This document shows positions 23,515 to 31,323 of a stretch of DNA of 64,000 nucleotides, piece after piece (positions within the stretch are counted from its first letter, which is position 1; each line of letters begins with the position of its first letter). Origin of the DNA: Rebecca billardiae RCC1528 (Eukaryota; Protista; Haptophyta); NCBI GenBank assembly GCA_965240325.2, contig OZ251231.1, positions 2,232,001 to 2,296,000 on the forward strand, read 5' to 3'. Both the position numbers and the translations under genes were made by a program. Under the pieces are notes generated by a model. It saw only the letters and a program-made list of their open reading frames with translations, searched no databases and was not told the origin of the DNA.

Positions 23515-26196
23515 ATGCCCGGCTCCTCGGCGGCGGCGGCGGCACTGCTCGCGCTCAGCCTGCTCGCGCGCGCGCGCCCCGGTGCCGCCGTGACCTCGCT
23601 CACTTGCGACGACCCTGACGGCTGCCTCCTGCTCAACGCCAACCTCGTCTCGACGGCCAACGCTGAAACGCTCGCCGAGCCAGCCGAGGTGAACGCGACG
23701 GCGCTCGGCGGCACGGTCGCGCTGTCGGTGGACGAGTGCACGCTCAGCATCGCCAACTTTGGCTCGCTCAACTCAATCTGCTACTGCTACGACGGCGCAT
23801 GCACCTACCCCGGCCCGACGCTAGTGTTCGCGCCTGGCACAAGCGTGTCGCTCACGCTCACCAACAACCTCGACGCATACACCTTTTCAAACTCGCACGT
23901 CATGAACACGTTCCACTCGCCGCAGACGACCAACCTGCACACGCACGGGCTGCACGTCGATCCCGCCATCGACACCGTCTTCGTGGAGCTCGAGCCGGGC
24001 GACGCGCACGTGTACGAGTACGAGATCGGCGCCGACCACCACCCAGGGTGGCACTGGTACCACTCACACCTGCACGGCGCATCGGCATACCAGGTCGCTG
24101 CGGGGCTGGTGGGCGGGCTGCGCGTCGAGCCGGCGGTCGACGGTACCCTCCCCGCCGCGCTGCGCGCCATGACGCGCGTCTCGATGGTGATGCACCACCT
24201 GCCCGTGCAGAACGATGACACGTCGACTGACCCATTTGCCGTCTTCACGCTCGAGACGCTGCACGCCGCCACAGGCGCAGACAACCAGTACGACCTGAGC
24301 CCGTCCTACGACGACGACACGGTGACCGACATCTGGACCGTCAACGGCCAGTACCAGCCCAAGCACTCCCTCGCGCCTGGCGAGTGGCAGATCTTTGACA
24401 TTGTCAACGCGGCTGGCGACCGCATTCTCGAGCTCGAGGTCACCGACTCGCTCGTGACTGGCGACGTCGGAAATCCGACGAGCGTGACGAGCGCATGCGA
24501 CGTGCGGCTGCTCGCGCTCGACGGCGTCTACCTCGACACCGCGCGCTCGGGCGACTACGTCGACCATCTCGTCGTCTGGCAGGCCGCGCGCGCGACGATA
24601 GCCGTCATGTGCAGCGCGGCTAACACGTACTACCTGCAGAGCGCGTACTCGTCCTCCATCCAGAACTACGAGGTGGCGACGGTGCAGAACCTGGTGACGC
24701 TCGTGGTCTCGGGCTCGGCTGTCTCCATGGACGCGCCGCCGACCGACCTCACCTCCATCACCAAGCCCTGGTACCTGCAGGACCTCTCGGGCGAGCCGGT
24801 TGCCGCCTCTTGGTCAGTCTCAGTCGAGCAAACCGGCTGCTGCGGCGACGACGCGTCAGCCACCTATTGGCTCGGCACGGGCTCGGACTGCACGATGGTC
24901 ATCTTCGGGCGCGCGGAGGGCGAGGCGATCTGCGCGGCTGACGGCTACTGCTCGACCGACACGTGTGACGGCTCCGACGCCTATGGTACGTGCGACGGTA
25001 CGGACTGGGCGGGCGTGAGCTCTTACCCTGAGTGCACATACGTCTCGATGGACAGCGAGCAGGGTGCAGAGGGCACGCACGCACACCGCGGCCAGCTGGG
25101 CACGGTGGAGGAGCTCAAGATCTGGGGGCGAGGCAAGGCGCCGCACCCCGTCCACATCCACGTGAACCACTACCAGCTCGTCTCGTACACCAACGACAAG
25201 GACGTGACCACCTTGAGCGGCTACTGGGGCGCGGCGGGGGACTTCCGCGACACGGCTCCGGCGATGCCGGGCGTGCTGAACACACTCGTTGCGTATGCAG
25301 ACTACCCGGGCGAGATCGTGTGGCACTGCCACTTCCTCAAGCACGAGGACCTCGGCATGATGGACACCTTCTACGTCGATGCGCCGCGGCCGCCGCCCGC
25401 CCCGCCGCCGAGCCCGCCACCGCCAAGCCCGCAGCCCAGCCTGCCGCCACCCAGCCCGCCGCCCTCGCCGCCGCCCCCCCCGCCGCCGCCGCCCCCGCCG
25501 CCGCCGCCGCCCAGCCCGCCGCCACCGCCGCCCAGCCCGCCGCCGAGCCCGCCGCTGCCGCCGCCGAGCCTGCCGCCGCCGAGCCCGCCGCTGCTGCCGC
25601 CGAGCTCGCCGCCGCCGGGGCCCTCGCCGCCCTCACCACCCGGCGAGTCGCTCAGCTTCGAACTCCAGCTGAGTGACTATGCAGAGGTGGCCGACTTTAC
25701 GGAGGCCGAGCAAGTGAACTTCACCGCCAAACTCGCCGCCTACCTCAACGTGAGCGAGACGTGGGTCGAGATCACGGAGGTGCGCGCGGGCAGCGTGATC
25801 GTCGAGACGGCCATATATGCGCCCGATTCGAGCGCAGCCAACCTGCGCGCCGCGCTTACCGAGGCGCCAGCTGCACTCGGCACTGCGCTTGGAATGACGG
25901 TGGTGGGTGCGAGCGAGGTGGACGATTCCGCCGCCTCATCGTCCGGCAGCAGCAGCAGCAGCGACGATGACGAAGACGATGACGATGATGATGACGATGA
26001 CGACGACGACGACGACAGCAGCGCCGCAGACGTCACGAGCTCGTCGCTCTCGACAGGTGAGCTCGCCGCAGCGATCGTCGTGCCCGTCGTGGTCATACTC
26101 TGCTGCTGCGGCGCTGCAGCAGCCTACTTCGCGCGGCGCAAGTCTGCGCGCGATGGCCCCAGTCCCGTGCTGCTTGGCGCCTCCGCGACCGCGTAG
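23515..26196 (+). CDS. Type I membrane multicopper oxidase: signal, three cupredoxin domains, Pro-rich linker, SEA-like module, poly-Asp, TM
   Basis: All four copper motifs are present: NLHTHG, WYHSHLHG, HPVHIH and HCHFLKHEDLGM. C-terminal TM is AAAIVVPVVVILCCCGAAAAYF followed by ARRK. Confidence 0.92.
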   Translation: MPGSSAAAAALLALSLLARARPGAAVTSLTCDDPDGCLLLNANLVSTANAETLAEPAEVNATALGGTVALSVDECTLSIANFGSLNSICYCYDGACTYPGPTLVFAPGTSVSLTLTNNLDAYTFSNSHVMNTFHSPQTTNLHTHGLHVDPAIDTVFVELEPGDAHVYEYEIGADHHPGWHWYHSHLHGASAYQVAAGLVGGLRVEPAVDGTLPAALRAMTRVSMVMHHLPVQNDDTSTDPFAVFTLETLHAATGADNQYDLSPSYDDDTVTDIWTVNGQYQPKHSLAPGEWQIFDIVNAAGDRILELEVTDSLVTGDVGNPTSVTSACDVRLLALDGVYLDTARSGDYVDHLVVWQAARATIAVMCSAANTYYLQSAYSSSIQNYEVATVQNLVTLVVSGSAVSMDAPPTDLTSITKPWYLQDLSGEPVAASWSVSVEQTGCCGDDASATYWLGTGSDCTMVIFGRAEGEAICAADGYCSTDTCDGSDAYGTCDGTDWAGVSSYPECTYVSMDSEQGAEGTHAHRGQLGTVEELKIWGRGKAPHPVHIHVNHYQLVSYTNDKDVTTLSGYWGAAGDFRDTAPAMPGVLNTLVAYADYPGEIVWHCHFLKHEDLGMMDTFYVDAPRPPPAPPPSPPPPSPQPSLPPPSPPPSPPPPPPPPPPPPPPPSPPPPPPSPPPSPPLPPPSLPPPSPPLLPPSSPPPGPSPPSPPGESLSFELQLSDYAEVADFTEAEQVNFTAKLAAYLNVSETWVEITEVRAGSVIVETAIYAPDSSAANLRAALTEAPAALGTALGMTVVGASEVDDSAASSSGSSSSSDDDEDDDDDDDDDDDDDDSSAADVTSSSLSTGELAAAIVVPVVVILCCCGAAAAYFARRKSARDGPSPVLLGASATA

Positions 26197-26293
26197 TCGG
26201 GCCACTCGGGCGGGGACTATCAGACCACCCTCGCCCGTGGGCCGGGCGGGTTCACAGTCTCACGCCCTGGCCCATCCCGTACAGTCTGAGTGC

Positions 26294-26595
26294 ACGCACG
26301 GGCTGTGCGCGCTCTGCCTCTGCCTGCACACGAGCGTGCCGCACGGCGACGACAGCGCCGGCGTGCTCGGCGCGCTCTACTCCGACCCGGCGTACTCACT
26401 CAGGCACGGCGACCATCACAATGCGCGCCGCGCTGCCCGTCGCACTCGACCGGTACGTGCGGCTCGTGCGCTGGCTGCGCCCCGCCGAGTCTCTCGTGAT
26501 GCAGCATCAGCTCGAGCGGCTGGGCAAGCTCGACACGGCCGCGCCAATGCGTGACGTGCGCGTGGACGGCTGGGAGCAGCTACGACGTGGAGCCT
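26294..26595 (+). pseudogene. Decayed copy of the last ~100 codons of the P4-ATPase gene (source 50580-50890, minus strand)
   Basis: Hand alignment of THGLCALCL...VPHGDDSAGVLGALY.DPAY...LERLGKLDT.APMRDVRVDG.EQL shows a 21-nt deletion, a +1 frameshift and several 3-nt insertions. Similarity ends at the parent's stop codon. Confidence 0.93.
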
Positions 26596-26609
26596 GTCAT
26601 AGTAGTGAC

Positions 26610-26931
26610 TGTCAGGGAACGCGTCTCGAGGCTTGACGGTCGCGAGGTCGGTCGACGGCTTCGGCTCTTGTTTGCGGTGGTGAGCTCAGCGTGTTTTGTG
26701 TGATCGGCTCATGTTTCGTTCATTTCTAAGAAGCATCTGGAATGCTTCGAGATGTCGCCGCCAGGTCGCCGCCAGCCATGCTGTCCTGCTGTATTTTAGG
26801 ATGAGGTTCAGGTCGATTTTGGAGGATTTTGTGCGAGCGCCGCCGCAGCGGTCGCGCCGCCACTGTGTGACTGCGAGTAAAATGTTGGATTGGAAATTGG
26901 AAATCACTGTAGATTGGCGATTCCTTTGACA
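26610..26931 (-). repeat. 3' LTR (322 bp)
   Basis: Identical by eye to 29773-30093 except for one extra T in a T run (gtattttagg vs gtatttagg). Confidence 0.97.
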
Positions 26932-26944
26932 CCCCCCCTCAATC
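26932..26944 (-). promoter_or_regulatory. Polypurine tract of the LTR element
   Basis: The minus strand reads GATTGAGGGGGGG immediately before the TG of the 3' LTR, a copia-style PPT. Confidence 0.85.
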
Positions 26945-27199
26945 CAATATGCGCTCGTCTGTGAGGACTAAGCTTGGATTATGAGTGATTTTGGGCTTGG
27001 TATTGTTTGTGCATCTGTGTGCATGAGTGAATTGGAGTCAGTAATGCTGGTTGCCAATGCCAGGATACGGGTCATGTGCTGGGACTTCCGTGTGACGGTT
27101 TTGGGTAACCCGAGTCAGTCCTGGGCTTATTTGCACCATATGTTCACTCTTTGGCCTTGATTTTGGACCTTGTTATTGGGTCATGCCCTGCCTTGATAG

Positions 27200-29773
27200 T
27201 TAATCATAGGCATCCGGAGCAGGAATATCCAGGAAATGGATACGCTCCTTGGGAAATTTGTTGGCTCCCTTGTTTTTGCCTTTGTTGTAATTGTTGGCCT
27301 TGGGGCGTAGCTCTGGGTGGAGCTTCCAACACTGCTGGGCAGTATGGTTCTTGAGACCACAGTGAGTGCACCGTTTGCCGGTGTCCGAGTTATTCGGCCC
27401 GCTCTCGCCATTGGCTGGAGCCTTTTGGGCCTGAGCGGCGAAGACTTCGGCGCCCTCAAAGTCACCGCGTCGCCGCGTGCCTTGCTGATAATCAGCATTT
27501 TGGCGTATCTTGGAATAATTTTCGGTCTCTCTCCCCTTGGTATTGTTCTGATGGAGTAGCTTCATTGAGCCGTGCCGTTTGTAGGCATCTTCCATCTGGG
27601 CCATTATCTGGTCAGTGTTATCCACACATTGCTCGGGCGTGAGCGCTCCGAAGTGCGAGATAACTGACTCGTAGACTTGGGGATGGTCGTGCATGCTGTT
27701 ATACAGCTTGAAGACCAACATCGTAGCATCGTCCAGATTCCCATATCGAGATGAGCGGACTTGCTCGACGGATTTCTTGATAATGTCCGATGCGCCAATG
27801 GGCGACACCTTTGTCGGGTATAACTTCAGGAATTCATCCCTGAGTTCGGACATAGTTGTGATCTTGAGCTCGCGCTCAAATATCTGTAGCAGCAGCGCCA
27901 GATCCAAGTAGTTCTTGGTCGGATCGCTGATGTGCAGCTTCGATTCCAGATAGGCGAATAACTGAGGCTCAATAGAGTCCTTCAGCTGCTTGAATATCGC
28001 TGCCGCAGATCGATCGTAGACCGATCCGATCTTGTTGGCGTCAGCGTTGTCAGCCTTGTATGGATCGATTTTGGCTGCGTCTTTCACCCATTTGTCTTTG
28101 GCAATGAGTTGAAAGCCGGATAGCTTGCTATTCTTGGGCTCCATTATGGCAGGTGTGACATCTGAGGATTTGCCCTTGTAGTAGGTGCTCACTTCTGCGA
28201 GTGCATCCCGTATCGCGCTGTGTACCGCGCGCTTGGATTTCAGAGCTGACTGTGTCAGCTTGTGTGTGGCGGGTGTATCCACTCCTGCCGAGGATTCGCG
28301 TGCCATGAACACACGTTCCTTCTTGGTTGGATTAGAGTCTGTGACTCCTCCTTCGATGACTATCCAGTCACGTTTCTTCGACTCAAGTGCATTGGTCGAT
28401 GTGTCGCGCGCGCTCTGTGGCGATTCGCGCTCTACCTTCGAGCGAGGAGTGACCCTCGTCGAGGCTGTGGTGCCTTCTTTGGGCTTCTTCACGCTCGTTC
28501 TGTCCAGCGGTGATGCATGTGCATCCGCGGCAGCTTCGGCGGAATACTCTTCCTTGCAAGAGTGTGGCGTTGTGATGGCTGACGCAGCTGATGCATGCGC
28601 ACGCGCGTCGCGCTCGCCAACTTGGTTTTGCTGCGGCTTTGCCGTCAAGCAGGTGTATGATGCCCCCCCTGCATCGCATGCGCTTCCTACGTTCGACGCG
28701 AGTCGATACGTGCCAGACGAGGACTCTGCCGTCTCTGCGGCGGTCATCTCGCGGCTGCTTGTGTCGCTCGTGGCGAGCAGCTCGGCTTCGGAAGCCATCG
28801 TGAGGCTGGTAATTTTGGGGTAAACGTATTTGTTTGGGTCAGGCGCATCAATAATAAATGCGGCCGCTGACTTGATGCTTGAGCTCGCTGTGACAGAGTC
28901 ACGTGTCGTAGCATCTTGGAGCATAGTTTGCTCTGCCAGACCATACAGGTCGTTTGCGTCGCACTCATCGGTGCTAATGTCCTCGTTCGATCGGTCAGAC
29001 TCAGACACAGTGTCATGCGCGCGAGGCTGCAGACTGACTGCGGCGGTGGCACGACCTGCGCTGTCACAGGCGGCGGCCAGATGGCCAGCACGCGGAGCAG
29101 CGTCGGCAGGCTCGAGGGCCTCGACGGTCGGAGCGGCATCAGCGGCAGCAGCGTCGAGCGCTACATCTGCCCCGGAACGCTCGGTGACCTCGTTCGATGA
29201 CTCGGAGGCCGCAAGGCACTCCTTGAGCTGCGGGCTCTCAGCCGCGCGCTCTTGAACCGCGCTCGCGGGCGCAGAGTCCCGGGCGGTAGTTGTTGAGATC
29301 CCCTGCGCAACGACGTGCGTGCGGATGGAGTGGCGCGATGGCGGGGGATGCGAGCGGCAACGCTCCTCCTCACCGCGCTGTGCGCGAACCTCCTCCTCAA
29401 GGTGATCCTTGATGTCGGCTCGAGGCCTTGCGTGCGATGCAGCATTGCGCGCATACGACACGATGCTGCCTGAGTTCAGGTCAGCGATGTTGCCAGGCCC
29501 GGAGGCGCTGGAGATGGGCTTGCGGAGAAGCGTGAGCTTCTCGCCTTGCCGGTTCTTCTCAGCCTGCATGCCCCTCAGGGCAGCCGCGAGGTAGTCTGGC
29601 GTGCGCTTGCGCGCAACCGCCGATGAGCCGCGCGGCATTGCCGCGCGCTCGGCCACGCCTGGCTTCAACCCAATGAGGGGAGCAACTGGGGCGGGCTGAT
29701 GGCCGTTCACGTCCTTGCCGCTGTTCTCGTCGTCTCCATCCTTGCCCAAGTTCTCCCAGCACCGTGCTAGCAT
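27200..29773 (-). CDS. gag: Gag-like protein, 857 aa, with a long low-complexity N-terminus
   Basis: C-terminal CTHCGLKNHTAQQCWKLHPELRP is a CX2CX4HX4C zinc knuckle in copia-type context. The ORF nearly fills the inter-LTR region. Confidence 0.85.
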   Translation of the reverse strand: MLARCWENLGKDGDDENSGKDVNGHQPAPVAPLIGLKPGVAERAAMPRGSSAVARKRTPDYLAAALRGMQAEKNRQGEKLTLLRKPISSASGPGNIADLNSGSIVSYARNAASHARPRADIKDHLEEEVRAQRGEEERCRSHPPPSRHSIRTHVVAQGISTTTARDSAPASAVQERAAESPQLKECLAASESSNEVTERSGADVALDAAAADAAPTVEALEPADAAPRAGHLAAACDSAGRATAAVSLQPRAHDTVSESDRSNEDISTDECDANDLYGLAEQTMLQDATTRDSVTASSSIKSAAAFIIDAPDPNKYVYPKITSLTMASEAELLATSDTSSREMTAAETAESSSGTYRLASNVGSACDAGGASYTCLTAKPQQNQVGERDARAHASAASAITTPHSCKEEYSAEAAADAHASPLDRTSVKKPKEGTTASTRVTPRSKVERESPQSARDTSTNALESKKRDWIVIEGGVTDSNPTKKERVFMARESSAGVDTPATHKLTQSALKSKRAVHSAIRDALAEVSTYYKGKSSDVTPAIMEPKNSKLSGFQLIAKDKWVKDAAKIDPYKADNADANKIGSVYDRSAAAIFKQLKDSIEPQLFAYLESKLHISDPTKNYLDLALLLQIFERELKITTMSELRDEFLKLYPTKVSPIGASDIIKKSVEQVRSSRYGNLDDATMLVFKLYNSMHDHPQVYESVISHFGALTPEQCVDNTDQIMAQMEDAYKRHGSMKLLHQNNTKGRETENYSKIRQNADYQQGTRRRGDFEGAEVFAAQAQKAPANGESGPNNSDTGKRCTHCGLKNHTAQQCWKLHPELRPKANNYNKGKNKGANKFPKERIHFLDIPAPDAYD

Positions 29774-30093
29774 GTCAGGGAACGCGTCTCGAGGCTTGAC
29801 GGTCGCGAGGTCGGTCGACGGCTTCGGCTCTTGTTTGCGGTGGTGAGCTCAGCGTGTTTTGTGTGATCGGCTCATGTTTCGTTCATTTCTAAGAAGCATC
29901 TGGAATGCTTCGAGATGTCGCCGCCAGGTCGCCGCCAGCCATGCTGTCCTGCTGTATTTAGGATGAGGTTCAGGTCGATTTTGGAGGATTTTGTGCGAGC
30001 GCCGCCGCAGCGGTCGCGCCGCCACTGTGTGACTGCGAGTAAAATGTTGGATTGGAAATTGGAAATCACTGTAGATTGGCGATTCCTTTGACA
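29773..30093 (-). repeat. 5' LTR (321 bp)
   Basis: Direct repeat of 26610-26931. On the minus strand it is followed by the PBS-like sequence TGCTAGCACGG. Confidence 0.97.
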
Positions 30094-30524
30094 GTGACTA
30101 TAGATCTACTGTGCCGAATCGATCGGAATCAGCCATATCAGATCGTGACTGACGACATTGATTGATTCGCTGTCACTTAAATTAGTAGCAGCAGTATTGT
30201 CAGCAGCGCAGGCGGCGGCGGCGGCTTCTAGCATTTGACTTAACGAGTGATGAACGAGTGCCAACTGACTTCATTACTCACACTCCTTCAGACTCTCCTC
30301 GTACCGTATCCGGCGCTTGATGCTGAGTCTGTTATATATATATAGCAGTGCCGGGTCGTCTTGACGCGTCAGATTAAATAATGAATAAACTCACTCAGTC
30401 AGACTCACTCGCAGTACTGAGTTAGACTTATAGTACTAGCATCAGTGTCATATCACACGCGCCGGTTGCCATCGGGCGGGGCACTCTGGCGGTGGCGGCC
30501 CACCACAACGCCAGCCCGCCGCGC

Positions 30525-31124
30525 CTAGCTCGTCTTGTTGCGCATGCCTGGTGGCCTGTTGATGGCGCGCGCCTTCTCTCGGTTGGACATGCGCTTCGGC
30601 TTGATCGTCTGCATGAACTTGCGGAACTCGATGAACGAGATCTCCTGCTCCGCCTCCGCGCCCTCGCCGACCTCGGACTTTGGGAAGAACTCCTTTGTCT
30701 TCTCCAGAAGCTTGTCCTTGCCGAACCTCGAGAAGAGGATCTCCATCAGCTCGTCCTGGCTGATGGTGCCGCCATTGTCCACGTCGTGCATCATGAACTC
30801 GACGACCTGGAAGAGCTTCCGCGGCTCCAGGCCGGTCTCGTCGCGCTTACACCTGTTGAACATGCCCATGAACTCGTCCCAGCTGACGTGGCGATCGCAA
30901 TCCTCGTCCACCTCCCAGATCATGTCGGCGATCTCGTCCTTTGCCGGCTTGTACCCGATGCGCACGAGGCCGGCGTGCAGCTCGGCCTCGCTGATCACCC
31001 CGTCCTTGTTCACGTCAAGCGTGGTGAAGACGCGTTTGAGCGCGGTCATCTCCTTCTGGCGATTCCACTCCTCGCGCACGGTCGAGCCCTCGCCACCCCG
31101 CGCGTGATGCGCGGGTGGCGCCAT
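30525..31124 (-). CDS. Calmodulin/centrin-like EF-hand protein
   Basis: EF loops DVNKDGVISEAE, DEDCDRHVSWDE and DVDNGGTISQDE. ATG at 31124. Confidence 0.9.
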   Translation of the reverse strand: MAPPAHHARGGEGSTVREEWNRQKEMTALKRVFTTLDVNKDGVISEAELHAGLVRIGYKPAKDEIADMIWEVDEDCDRHVSWDEFMGMFNRCKRDETGLEPRKLFQVVEFMMHDVDNGGTISQDELMEILFSRFGKDKLLEKTKEFFPKSEVGEGAEAEQEISFIEFRKFMQTIKPKRMSNREKARAINRPPGMRNKTS

Positions 31125-31323
31125 GCCCCGCGCCCCCGCCGCAAGGTCGAGTTGCGTCCAGACAGGCAAATCAGCGATGGCGGGCGTCCCCGCCGCGTGT
31201 CGAGTAGTAACGAGATTCTCGCGCCTCGCGGACGTGAGGCAAACGGCAGACGTAACTGTCAACGACTGATTTCATGGCGTCGGGAGTGAGGCTGCAGTGT
31301 GCGAGACGGGCAGCACGCCGTCG

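Larger units (their letters stand above)
26610..30093 (-). mobile_element. Gag-only (non-autonomous, TR-GAG-like) LTR retrotransposon of Ty1/copia type, 3484 bp
   Basis: Two near-identical LTRs with TGTCA...TGACA ends. 5-bp TSD GTGAC at 26605-26609 and 30094-30098. A PPT precedes the 3' LTR. One ORF with a CCHC knuckle and no pol. Confidence 0.95.

Noticed and set aside
26294-26595. Flippase fragment as cargo transduced by the LTR element
   Set aside because: It lies outside the LTRs and the TSD and is much more decayed than the LTR pair.
27200-27245. HFLDIPA at the Gag end as a remnant of the copia protease (W.LDSGA)
   Set aside because: The resemblance is too weak and no downstream frame continues as a protease.
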